Virus record (IMG/VR): IMGVR_UViG_3300005337_000019
Span: 18,991 to 82,990 of that record
Strand: one strand, 5' to 3'
DNA: 64,000 nucleotides
Origin: a virus
Positions 55,323-64,000 of this stretch are shown piece after piece. The notes under the pieces were generated by a model. The model saw only the letters and a list, made by a program, of their open reading frames with translations. It had not been told where the DNA came from and did not search any database. Every line of letters starts with the position of its first letter. Position 1 is the stretch's first letter. A program made the translations under genes and the position numbers.

Positions 55323-56513
55323 ATGTTGATCTGGTTCGCACTCGTGATCCCCGTGCTGTCGGCCGTCGTCTTGCTGATCTTTTGGCGACGATTCGTGACG
55401 TGGTGGGAGCTCGCGATCCCGGTTGCCGCTGCGGCGCTCCTCATCGTCGGTTTCAAAGCCGGCGTCGAGTCATCGCTGACGACGCAGACCGAATACTGGG
55501 GCTCGAGCGTTGCGCGCGCGACATATACCGAGCACTGGGATGAAGAGGTTTCGTGCCGCCACTCGTACAACTGCCGGTGCAAAAAAGATAGCAAGGGCAA
55601 CGAGTCGTGCGACACGTGCTACAGCCACGCGTACGACGTTGACGATCATCCGGAGACGTGGACCGTCGCCGCTACCTCCGGCGAAACCTTTCCGATCGGC
55701 AGCGGCGAGTACTCCCGCCTGACGAGGCAGTTCGGGAACCAAGCGTTTCGCGCGCTGCATCACCACAACGTGCACTCGATCAACGGAAACGCCTACGACA
55801 CCACATGGCCGGGAACGGACGAGACGCTGGAAGCGGTGACCACGGCGCACACGTACGAGAACCGGGTGCAGGCGTCGAACAGCATTTTCCGGTTTCAGGA
55901 CGTGGACCCGAAAGACGTTGCGACGTATGGGCTCTATCAGCATCCCGGCATCAGCAACTACAGCAGCCCGGCTCTCCTCGGTTTCAATTCGCCGGCGGCC
56001 GAACGCGCGCTGCAGGTCATCAATGCGCGCCTCGGCGCGCGCAAACAAGTGCGCGTTTATCTGCTCGTGTTTCGCGACAAGCCGATCGAAGCCGGCGCCC
56101 TGCAACAGCGGTATTGGCAGGGCGGGAACAAAAACGAGTTCGTCATGACGGTCGGCATCGACAAGGCCGGTGCCGTTTTGTGGGCGTTCCCGTTCTCCTG
56201 GAGCGAACGCGAAGGGCTCAAGATCGATGCGCGCAATCACATCATGGAGCAGCCTCGATTCGATCCCGTCGAATATGCGACGTGGTTGCGCCCGCAGATT
56301 CTTCGCCAGTGGCAGCGGAAACGGTTCCGCGATTTCAACTACCTCACCGTTGAGCCTCCGACATGGGCGGTGGTCACGACGTATTTGCTGACCACCATCG
56401 TGACGGTCGTCATCGCGTTTTGGATCGTGAGAAACGATTTCGTCGCGCCTGATGAACAACGGCGCCGGCGCGAGGATGCCGCGACCAGGCGACGCCGCTA
56501 TCCATGGGCGTAG
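55323..56513 (+). CDS. membrane protein with extracytoplasmic Cys motif and TPM-like region
   Basis: two N-terminal TMs and one C-terminal TM; YWQGGNKNEFV. Confidence 0.6.
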   Translation: MLIWFALVIPVLSAVVLLIFWRRFVTWWELAIPVAAAALLIVGFKAGVESSLTTQTEYWGSSVARATYTEHWDEEVSCRHSYNCRCKKDSKGNESCDTCYSHAYDVDDHPETWTVAATSGETFPIGSGEYSRLTRQFGNQAFRALHHHNVHSINGNAYDTTWPGTDETLEAVTTAHTYENRVQASNSIFRFQDVDPKDVATYGLYQHPGISNYSSPALLGFNSPAAERALQVINARLGARKQVRVYLLVFRDKPIEAGALQQRYWQGGNKNEFVMTVGIDKAGAVLWAFPFSWSEREGLKIDARNHIMEQPRFDPVEYATWLRPQILRQWQRKRFRDFNYLTVEPPTWAVVTTYLLTTIVTVVIAFWIVRNDFVAPDEQRRRREDAATRRRRYPWA

Positions 56514-56530
56514 TGAGCACGCATGCGCGC

Positions 56531-56552
56531 TCATTCGTCATAGCGTAGAATG
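56531..56552 (+). promoter_or_regulatory. class II promoter/operator motif
   Basis: TCATTCGTCATAGCGTAGAATG. Confidence 0.8.
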
Positions 56553-56580
56553 CATCTATCTCACACATGAAAGGACGTGC

Positions 56581-57585
56581 ATGACTATTTCCAGCGAAAC
56601 CACCGGTGCTCAAATGGAGATCGTCGTTCCCGAAAAGCTGGCGCACGACGTAAGTGAGCTCGTGCAACGGGCTTCGGAGATCACGATCGCGAGCGACCAG
56701 GACTACGCCGCGGCGGCCGCCTTCCTTAATGAGCTCGGCCGCGGCATCACGCAGATCGAGGATTTCTTCAAGCCGCACAAACAGAAGGCGCGCGCCACAT
56801 GGCAAGGGCTTGTCGACGACGAGAAGGATCGTCTCGCGCCGCTCGAGGCTGCACGGACCATCGTCCGCGACAAAAAGATGAAGCCCTATTACCTCGAGCA
56901 GGAACGGCTGCGTGCAGCCGAGAAGAAACGTCTCGAGGAAGTTGCGCTGAAGCAAGCGGAGGAGCGCAAACAGGCCGAGATCGCACAGGCGAAGAAGGAA
57001 GCCGAAGAGAAGGCGCGCATCGAGATCGAGGCGGCGAACCAGAAGGCGCAACAGGAGAAGGAAGCGAGCGAGCGCCAGGCGAAAGCAATCGAAGCCGACG
57101 CGCTCAAGCGCGCTGATGAGCTATTGGCATCCGGCAAGGCGGATGAGGCGCAACGCGTTCTCGATGACGCGGCCCAACGCCAGCAGAACCTGCGAGATGA
57201 CGCCGAAGAGACGGCCGAAAGGATTCAGCGCGAGGCTGCCGACGAGGCGGAGCGCGTGACCGCCGAGGGCGAGATCATCGCGCAGGACATCGCATCTACT
57301 GCCGTGCATGTGCCGATCGTCAGCATGGCCGCAGCTCCAAAGGCGCGCGGCACGTCGGCCGCCAAAAAGTTCAAGGCAGACCGCGAGACCTACGACAAGC
57401 GCAAGGCTGTGGCCTTCATCGCTGCCGAAGTCGCCCGCGGCAACGTGGCGCTCCTGTCCTGGTTCGATCTCAACTTCGCGAAGATTGACCAGAGCGCGGG
57501 TCAGATGCAGGAGCTTTTCCCGTCGTTCGAAACGTGCGGCATCAAAGTCGGCGAGGACACCACCATCCGCGGGAGCCGAAAGTAA
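56581..57585 (+). CDS. coiled-coil phage protein of recombination modules
   Basis: AAGGA SD; ITIASDQDYAAAA...IEDFFKPHK; long E/A/K-rich coil. Confidence 0.7.
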   Translation: MTISSETTGAQMEIVVPEKLAHDVSELVQRASEITIASDQDYAAAAAFLNELGRGITQIEDFFKPHKQKARATWQGLVDDEKDRLAPLEAARTIVRDKKMKPYYLEQERLRAAEKKRLEEVALKQAEERKQAEIAQAKKEAEEKARIEIEAANQKAQQEKEASERQAKAIEADALKRADELLASGKADEAQRVLDDAAQRQQNLRDDAEETAERIQREAADEAERVTAEGEIIAQDIASTAVHVPIVSMAAAPKARGTSAAKKFKADRETYDKRKAVAFIAAEVARGNVALLSWFDLNFAKIDQSAGQMQELFPSFETCGIKVGEDTTIRGSRK

Positions 57586-57890
57586 TGAGCGTACTTCTCG
57601 CCGCGATCAATCGTGCCCGCCAGGCTCGCGGAAATGACGACAGCGGCATTTTGATCGAGTGCCCCGATGGTTTGGTCGTGGGGGCGACGATCGACGCTCA
57701 CGGGCGCGAGAGTGGCGGCGAGTTCGTGCCGTGCGGGAGACAGGTGTCCTACCGGGGCGCCTGTCCCCGCTGTGGCAGCCGTAGCTGGGCGCCGGCGGGG
57801 CCGGATGAGTCGACGCCTGTCGACCTGAAGGCGAAGCGCGAGGAGCGTGCCGCGCGCAATATTTTGAGGCTCGTGGGGGGCATGGATTGA
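57585..57890 (+). CDS. small Zn-ribbon protein
   Basis: ACPRCGSRSW; TAATG coupling. Confidence 0.6.
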   Translation: MSVLLAAINRARQARGNDDSGILIECPDGLVVGATIDAHGRESGGEFVPCGRQVSYRGACPRCGSRSWAPAGPDESTPVDLKAKREERAARNILRLVGGMD

Positions 57891-57895
57891 TGATC

Positions 57896-58164
57896 GTGGA
57901 AGGCTCGAGCAACGCTGTGGAAAACCTGCGGAATCTCTCCGGATTTCCCGAGTCGCGCCACTCGGCGCAATCGAGGCTGCGGAAAAATGCGGCCTCGATC
58001 CTCAAATTTTCCGCGCTGTTTTCCGCAATTCAAAACCCACCTATCCGACGCAGGGCCATAGCGTTGCCCGAGTTTTCCACAATTCATGCTAACCACTACC
58101 ACTACCACAAGAAAGAGAGACCTGTATTTCAGATGGAACCGGCGACTGAGCAAACTGCGGAAAA
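57896..58164. other. putative DnaA-dependent origin (oriC-like): DnaA-box-like cluster plus trio-like run
   Basis: TGTGGAAAA 57916, TGCGGAATC 57927, TGCGGAAAA 57978, TTTTCCGCG 58007, TTTTCCGCA 58019, TTTTCCACA 58073, TGCGGAAAA 58156; CCA-CTA-CCA-CTA-CCA-CAA at 58093-58110. Confidence 0.55.
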
Positions 58165-58897
58165 CGCACCGCCACCGGTGCCGCGGTGTCGCGGCAAAAT
58201 CATGAAGCCGTGCGACGATTGCCGCGCGGATTTCTTCGGTCTCGGCACGACGCGCTTCTGCGCCGAATGCCGCTACAAGCCTGGCAACCGCAAGCCGGCT
58301 GGGAGGAAACGTTACGTTCCCACGCCTGAGATCGATCGCGTCATCCGGGATGAATTCGCGCCGCACACGCGGGACGGGCGAACAAAGCGCCTGGCGGCGC
58401 AACTCGGGTGGAGCGTGGACGCAGTACAGAAGCGCGCCACTGAGCTCGGCCTCACGGTCAGACCGCGCGTCGCATGGGGGGAAAAGGACACGGCTCTGCT
58501 GGAAAAGTGGGCTGGTCAGCGGTCGCCGGCGTGGATTGCGGAGAACCTTCGCAAGCGTGGATTTCCGGGCCGCACCCGATCGGCCGTCGTGCAAAAAATC
58601 AACAAGCTCGGCCACCTCTCCGCCGTGAAGGAGGGTTACAGCGGAAACGAGTTGATGGTCTGTTTCGGCGTCACCGAGCCGACCGTCAGCGCATGGATTC
58701 GAAAAGGCATGCTGAAGGCGCGCGCATCGGAACACCTGCGCGGCCGCCGGCATCCATGGGTGATCGAGGAAGAGGCCATCGTCGATTTCATCCTCAAAAA
58801 CCCGACAGCATTCCGGCTGCGCGACGTGGATCAGACCTGGTTTCTCGATCTGATCGATGCGTACATGTGCCGCAAAGCGGTGCCGGGGAAAACGTAA
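58133..58897 (+). CDS. Zn-finger plus multiple-HTH DNA-binding protein
   Basis: CDDC...FCAEC; LAAQLGWSVDAVQKRA; FGVTEPTVSAWIRKG. Confidence 0.7.
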   Translation: MEPATEQTAENAPPPVPRCRGKIMKPCDDCRADFFGLGTTRFCAECRYKPGNRKPAGRKRYVPTPEIDRVIRDEFAPHTRDGRTKRLAAQLGWSVDAVQKRATELGLTVRPRVAWGEKDTALLEKWAGQRSPAWIAENLRKRGFPGRTRSAVVQKINKLGHLSAVKEGYSGNELMVCFGVTEPTVSAWIRKGMLKARASEHLRGRRHPWVIEEEAIVDFILKNPTAFRLRDVDQTWFLDLIDAYMCRKAVPGKT

Positions 58898-58899
58898 CG

Positions 58900-59481
58900 A
58901 TGGCGCGCATCAACACGCAGTGCCCGGACTGCAAGCGGATGTTTCTCGTCGAGCGAGAGATGTGGCTTGCGATCCAGCGAGGAGACGCTGACGCGCTCGC
59001 GCAGACGTGCGGTCGCGGCGATTGCCAGGAGCTCGCGCGGGCGATCGCTGTAGAGCAAACCAAAGCCATCTCATCACCGCGGCGCCGGCGGCAGTCGTTC
59101 CCGCCGGAACTGCGTCAGCAAGCGGTCCCGGAGAAGAACACGCAGGCCGCGATTCTCCACTACCTCGCCATTCGCGGGATCTTCGCCTGGCGTCAAAACC
59201 AGGGCGCGATGCGGATGGAAAACAAAGCAAACGAGATGGGCCGCAGAAAGCGCCGGGACAGATTCATCAGGTTCGCCGCGGTCGATGGCATCAGCGATAT
59301 CATCGGCATCTACAAAGGCCGGTTTCTCTCCATCGAAGTAAAAAAGGTCGGCAACAAACCCACGGATCACCAGCGCGATTTTCTGACGCGCGTCGACAAA
59401 GAGGGCGGCATCGCAATCGTCGCCTACAGTGTCGACGACGTTGTGAGCGCGCTTGCAGACGTGGATCGAGGAGCACGATGA
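58900..59481 (+). CDS. VRR-NUC domain nuclease (Holliday junction resolvase-like)
   Basis: EKNTQAAILHYL...GISDIIG...IEVK...TDHQRDFL...GGIAIVAYSVDD. Confidence 0.88.
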   Translation: MARINTQCPDCKRMFLVEREMWLAIQRGDADALAQTCGRGDCQELARAIAVEQTKAISSPRRRRQSFPPELRQQAVPEKNTQAAILHYLAIRGIFAWRQNQGAMRMENKANEMGRRKRRDRFIRFAAVDGISDIIGIYKGRFLSIEVKKVGNKPTDHQRDFLTRVDKEGGIAIVAYSVDDVVSALADVDRGAR

Positions 59482-59559
59482 ACGCACGGGATCCGCCGCT
59501 GAAAACGAAAACCGAGAACCATGCGGTAACCACCGATCGAGAAACGCAAAGGAGAGTTC

Positions 59560-59928
59560 ATGACAACCACCGACGACGAACCTCTGGCACGCATCGACTT
59601 CACGCTGCTCACGCAAACGATCACCGTGAAAGAGGGCGGCCTGACGCTCACGCTGGCCGAGCAACTGGACAACCTGTTCCGCCAGGCGGTCGCGGAAGCG
59701 CGCTACCACGGGAAAGAGGCGTCCATCACGCTCGAGCTAAAGTTCAAGCCCGGCAGCGGCAATCAGCTCGACGTTTTCCCCACCACGAAATCGAAGCTGC
59801 CGATCGCGAAGCCGAACGCAATTCCGCTGTTCGGCAACGACGCTGGCGATGTGTTCGGCGAAGACCCGGCGCAGCGCCCCATTCCGAAAACCACGCAGTT
59901 CCGAACCGTCAGGAATGAACGCAAATGA
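59560..59928 (+). CDS. YfdP-like small phage protein
   Basis: GKEASITLELKFKP...KSKLP...LF...EDPAQ; adjacent to DUF2303-like gene. Confidence 0.6.
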   Translation: MTTTDDEPLARIDFTLLTQTITVKEGGLTLTLAEQLDNLFRQAVAEARYHGKEASITLELKFKPGSGNQLDVFPTTKSKLPIAKPNAIPLFGNDAGDVFGEDPAQRPIPKTTQFRTVRNERK

Positions 59929-60812
59929 CCGACCTCACTCAAGCAGCCATCCTTCACATTCAGGACACCTCGGCCGCCGCGAAGCGTCAGGCGGTCATCA
60001 CGCTCAGCGATGGCAGCGGCCGCGTGCTCGTCTACAACGACGGCGAGAAGAAGTACGACGATCTCGCGCGCTACGTCGTGAAGTCGGACACGGTGTCGAA
60101 CATCGAATCGTTCGCCGACATGGTGATCGCCGAGGCGCAGCGCCGCGGCCAGAAGAATCACGTCGCAGGATCGGTGGAAGGAGACGACGGCTACAACCCG
60201 AATTCCGGCGAGTTCATGAACGTCATCTTCACCGAGAGGGGCGCCACGTTCATCGCCGACACCAACGACCGGCGCGATGTTTTCTATTACCAGCGCAAGC
60301 CGAGCGTGCACTGGGAGCTTCTGGTCAACGCGCTCGACAAACAGATGGCGCACAAGGCGTTTCTCATCTGGCTCGAGAAGCTGCGCCCGATCATCGGCAC
60401 CGTGGGCCCGCAAGGACAGTTTCAGCCGGCCTACAACGACATCGCGTCGGCGTTCCGCGCGCTGCGTCTGTCGCAGTCGTCGAAGATGCTCAGCGAGCCG
60501 CTCCTCAACGACGGCGGTGCGAAAGGCTCGACGATCGAGTTCAAGCTGGAGGTGCGCGGTCAGGCCGGCGGCGTCGACGTGCAGATCCCGCAACTGATTC
60601 CGGTCTCGGTGCAGTTCGCCCGCGGCGACAAGCGGCGCTACGAGTTCGACGTGGCGATCGACATCAACGGCGGCGAGGGCGATCAGCCGATCATCACGCC
60701 GTATGCGCCGGCGGTGACCGCGATTCAGGAACAGGCCATCATCGACGAGATGATGGAATTCGACGCGGCCACTCAGCAACTGCCGAAGCTCCTGAACGTC
60801 GTCAACTTCTGA
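59925..60812 (+). CDS. DUF2303 (YfdQ)-like protein
   Basis: IESF...W...MAHKAFLIWLE...VQIPQLIPV pattern; gene pairing. Confidence 0.6.
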   Translation: MTDLTQAAILHIQDTSAAAKRQAVITLSDGSGRVLVYNDGEKKYDDLARYVVKSDTVSNIESFADMVIAEAQRRGQKNHVAGSVEGDDGYNPNSGEFMNVIFTERGATFIADTNDRRDVFYYQRKPSVHWELLVNALDKQMAHKAFLIWLEKLRPIIGTVGPQGQFQPAYNDIASAFRALRLSQSSKMLSEPLLNDGGAKGSTIEFKLEVRGQAGGVDVQIPQLIPVSVQFARGDKRRYEFDVAIDINGGEGDQPIITPYAPAVTAIQEQAIIDEMMEFDAATQQLPKLLNVVNF

Positions 60813-61040
60813 ACGCACAGCGCATGCGCGGAGCTCGTATACCCAACGCTTTACGCAGGAGATGAGAACCCGTATCGGTGGATAATCGAGTTTTCAGAAG
60901 CAATGCGCAAGGCATTCAAAAGCATCGAAAATTTAGCTCTCGAAACGGGTTCTTACGCCAACGCGAAGGAACAAGCCGACCGGAGTTTCAGCCGCATCTG
61001 GCGTAACACGTTCGGATGACGGTCGGTCCCATCCCTGGGG

Positions 61041-61078
61041 AATGAACGGCGTCGGCGAAAGTCGGCGCCGTTTTCATT
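61041..61078 (+). terminator. intrinsic terminator
   Basis: AACGGCGTCGGC-GAAA-GTCGGCGCCGTT followed by TTCATTT. Confidence 0.75.
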
Positions 61079-61085
61079 TGCGCGC

Positions 61086-61109
61086 TTCATTCGTCGTGAC
61101 GTAGAATGA
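61086..61109 (+). promoter_or_regulatory. class II promoter/operator motif
   Basis: TTCATTCGTCGTGACGTAGAATGA; ATG 7 nt after TAGAAT. Confidence 0.8.
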
Positions 61110-61114
61110 TCCGC

Positions 61115-62188
61115 ATGGGAAACACAACGATCGAATGGACGTGGCAACGGCTGCCCGGCGGCGGCCTGATCATCGAAGGCAGAACCGTCAACGGATGGAG
61201 CGGCTGCACGAAGGTCATCCTTCCGAGCGGCAAACCGGACCCGCAGTGCATGCACTGCTATGCCGAGCGAGAAGAGGACAAACGGCGTGGCCGCTCGCGG
61301 TGGGGCCGCGGCAATCCGCGAACGCTGTTCAAGTCGTGGAGCGCCAACATGCGGAAGTGGAATGAGGAGGCGAAGAAGCTCGGCGTGGCGCCGTTCGTCT
61401 TCGGTCACTCGCTTTCTGACTGGGCCGATGAGGAAGTTCCCGACGCATGGCGCGACGCCATCATGGATGTCGCAGAAAAGTGCACGAACCTCGTCATGCT
61501 CTGGCTCACGAAACGCGTGGAGTACGCGGCGGAATACTGGCACCGCCGATATCCGACTGGGATTCCCGACAATTTCTACTTCGGATTTTCTGCCGGCAAC
61601 GTAGAAGGCTTTCTGACGCGCGCGAAGTGGGCGTCGATCGTTCCGGCGGCCGTCAAGTTTGTGTCGATCGAGCCGTATGTCGAGCCGTTCGCGGAGCTCC
61701 TTCGGATGAACGTGAAGCGCCCCGAAGGATGGGCCGGCGGGTGGCGTCCTCTGGTCGACTGGGTTCTGACCGGCGGCGAAACCGACACCTTCGAACGGAT
61801 CGCCAGTCGGATCGTGCACAGCTCGCATTACGAGGACGTGATCGACGTGGCGCACGAGGCCGGATTGTGGGGCCATTTCAAACAGTGGGGCAACCTCGCG
61901 CCGTTGACGCAAAGCCTCGGCGGCGTGGTGCCTGTGCGTATCGCCGGCGTGACCCGCAGCGGCATCCACATCGTCGACATGCGCATCGAAGGGCGCGCTG
62001 TTGAGGGTCCCGACATCGTCAGCGGCCGCGTGACGGTCGAGCAGCTAAAAGAGGCATTCGGCATCGCGCCCGATGATGATCTTGAGATCCACGGCTTTCT
62101 CGGCGGACCACAGGGCAAGCACGCGCACGGCCGGATGCTCAATGGTCGCGAGGTGCACGAGCACCCGCCGGCGAGGTTGATCGCCTGA
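61115..62188 (+). CDS. DUF5131 (phage Gp37/Gp68 family) protein
   Basis: TTIEWT...GCTKV...CMHCYAE...SLSD...LTKR...SIEP...DWVLTGGE...FKQWG. Confidence 0.9.
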   Translation: MGNTTIEWTWQRLPGGGLIIEGRTVNGWSGCTKVILPSGKPDPQCMHCYAEREEDKRRGRSRWGRGNPRTLFKSWSANMRKWNEEAKKLGVAPFVFGHSLSDWADEEVPDAWRDAIMDVAEKCTNLVMLWLTKRVEYAAEYWHRRYPTGIPDNFYFGFSAGNVEGFLTRAKWASIVPAAVKFVSIEPYVEPFAELLRMNVKRPEGWAGGWRPLVDWVLTGGETDTFERIASRIVHSSHYEDVIDVAHEAGLWGHFKQWGNLAPLTQSLGGVVPVRIAGVTRSGIHIVDMRIEGRAVEGPDIVSGRVTVEQLKEAFGIAPDDDLEIHGFLGGPQGKHAHGRMLNGREVHEHPPARLIA

Positions 62189-63066
62189 TGGCGACGACCC
62201 GAGTCACGAGACCGCCGATGCGATATTTCGGCGGGAAATGGGTCATCGCGAAATGGCTCATCAGCAACTTCCCCGATCACCGCGTATACGTCGAGCCGTA
62301 CGGTGGCGGAGCGTCCGTGCTGTTGCGAAAGCCGCGCGTCTACTCCGAGGTTTACAACGATATCGATGGCGAGATCGTCAACGTGTTCCGCGTGCTCCAG
62401 AACCCCGAGAAGGCGGCGCAGCTCCGCAAGCTCCTGCACCTCACCCCGTTCGCACGCGACGAGTTTAAGCTCTCGTTTTCGCCGTTCACGCCGACGAACC
62501 TGAAGAAGTTCGGCGACGTCGAGATGGCGCGCCGCACGATCATCCTCTCGCTCATGGGCTTCGGTGCGGACGCGATGCTGCGGCTGTCGACAGGCTTTCG
62601 CGCGGTGTCCAACCGCTCCGGCACAACACCGGCGCATGATTGGAGCAACTATCCAGATTGTGTGCCGGCGTTCGTTGAGCGACTGCGTGGCGTCACGATC
62701 GAGAACCGCGACGCGTTGGACATCATCCGGCAGCACGACGGGCTCGAGACGCTGTTCTACCTCGACCCGCCATACGTTCATGACACGCGATCGCGCAAGA
62801 CGAACCGGAAGAGCGGACGCGTCAAGGCACACGGCTACCGGCATGAGATGACCGACGACGACCACCGCGAGCTAGCGGCGCGTTTGATGGAGCTGCGCGG
62901 CGCAGTCGCGATCTCCGGTTACCACTGTCCGCTCTACGACGAGCTTTATGGCGAATGGCAGTGCGTCGAGAAGACAACGCATGCGGACGGCGCGCGCGAT
63001 CGCCTGGAGGCGTTATGGCTGTCGCCGCGGGCGGTCGTGCAGCAGAAGCTCTTGGCGGTGGGTTGA
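62188..63066 (+). CDS. D12-class N6-adenine DNA methyltransferase (Dam-like)
   Basis: YFGGK, YVEPYGGGASV, EVYND, FYLDPPY. Confidence 0.93.
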   Translation: MATTRVTRPPMRYFGGKWVIAKWLISNFPDHRVYVEPYGGGASVLLRKPRVYSEVYNDIDGEIVNVFRVLQNPEKAAQLRKLLHLTPFARDEFKLSFSPFTPTNLKKFGDVEMARRTIILSLMGFGADAMLRLSTGFRAVSNRSGTTPAHDWSNYPDCVPAFVERLRGVTIENRDALDIIRQHDGLETLFYLDPPYVHDTRSRKTNRKSGRVKAHGYRHEMTDDDHRELAARLMELRGAVAISGYHCPLYDELYGEWQCVEKTTHADGARDRLEALWLSPRAVVQQKLLAVG

Positions 63067-63446
63067 ATGAGGATCGGAATCGTCGAACATCGGTGGACGG
63101 CGCGTGCATACGACGAAGCCCTGTTCAGCATCGTCTGCAGTGTGCATAAGTGGGCGCTCGGCATCGTCGTGCACACTTGGGGGCTGCGCGTGATTCTAGT
63201 CGCGTGGCATGTCTGCCTTCACTGGAAGGGCGAGCGATGATCGTCAGGTCGGCCGAACTTTTTTTCACGCGGATCACGAGGCCGAGGTACGGAAGCCGCT
63301 GCCGGCGCGGCGAGCGGCTGTATCGAATGCACGGACTTCGACGGGCGACGCCGATGAAACCAACTATCGCGCGCCTTTTGAACTGCGTGCTCCTCTCTTC
63401 GCCATTCACGCGGGCCCTTCGCGTTCGTCCGAATATGGTCAAGTAG

Positions 63447-63971
63447 ATGACGATCACGCGGCCACTGTTCCCGCTCCTCTGGTTCGATGAGATCGCGCTC
63501 GACGACGCGAATGCGCTGCTCGCCGCGTGGGAGCACAAGATGGGCGCCGTCGAACGACCGAACGGCTACGCCGTCTGTCACGCCCTCGTGCATCGCAGTG
63601 AGCCTGTCGCGGTCACCGTCTCGTCGACGCTCATCCGCCTCAACGCCGGCGCGGGCCTGAAGCACCTGACGCGTGACAACACCGTCGAGTTGTCGCGTCT
63701 CTGCGCCTCGCGCTCGGGACTGTGCCGCGTCGCACTTCGCATGTGGCGCGAGTTCGTGTTTCCGAGCTTGGGGTTCAAGCACGCGCTGAGCTACCAGGAC
63801 GCAGACCTTCACAACGGCGCTACGTACCGCTTTGACGGGTGGGCGCGCGCGCCGCGCATCTCCAGCAGTGGGACCGATCAACGCAGCGGCAAGAAAGGCC
63901 GGAGGAAGTGGCTGTGGGTGTGGCCGCCGACCGGCTTGGACGCCTCAAAAATTCAGACCGCGGAGGAATAA
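63447..63971 (+). CDS. Mom-like / GNAT-fold DNA modification protein
   Basis: VELSRLCA...LSYQD...HNGATYRFDGW. Confidence 0.7.
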   Translation: MTITRPLFPLLWFDEIALDDANALLAAWEHKMGAVERPNGYAVCHALVHRSEPVAVTVSSTLIRLNAGAGLKHLTRDNTVELSRLCASRSGLCRVALRMWREFVFPSLGFKHALSYQDADLHNGATYRFDGWARAPRISSSGTDQRSGKKGRRKWLWVWPPTGLDASKIQTAEE

Positions 63972-64000
63972 AATCATTGACACTCTACCCCCCCCCCCCC

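Noticed and set aside
57887-58132. N-terminal extension of ORF 57887..58897
   Set aside because: Atypical composition; better explained as the non-coding DnaA-box-like region, with the real start at 58133.
60877-60885. Single DnaA-box-like GGTGGATAA
   Set aside because: An isolated 8/9 match is expected by chance.
63988-64000. Poly-C run at the window end after TTGACA
   Set aside because: Truncated by the window edge and may be a sequencing or assembly homopolymer artefact; nothing can be inferred.

Overview
This window is a large part of a GC-rich tailed-phage (siphovirus-like) or prophage genome, almost all coded on the + strand. Positions 1-12.8 kb hold accessory/early genes: a Pol-beta-type nucleotidyltransferase, DUF1643, an MTase-DUF4942 fusion, a Tad2/DUF2829-containing fusion, and tRNA-Gln(TTG) flanked by long structured non-coding tracts. 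Positions 13-44 kb hold a fragmented morphogenesis module: gpF-like head protein, scaffold, P22-type capsid, muramidase-lipoprotein-lipase cassette, neck genes, tail tube, -1 frameshifted chaperone, tape measure, an embedded fatty-acid-hydroxylase-family gene, tail tip, and an IPT/TIG-repeat fibre. Positions 44-64 kb hold regulation, recombination and DNA-modification genes. I could not recognise a terminase, portal, integrase, polymerase, helicase or primase in the window. The most notable signals are non-coding. (1) A cluster of DnaA-box-like 9-mers ending in a DnaA-trio-like run (57.9-58.2 kb), together with a chromosomal-type parS palindrome (25208-25223), suggests mimicry of host oriC/parS. 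(2) Two dispersed families of promoter-operator cassettes drive mostly leaderless genes and meet at an XRE gene. (3) A promoter-boxA-RNA-tRNA-RNA operon contains a roughly 375-nt multi-helix RNA candidate. All family assignments come from motif recognition by eye, not from database searches.
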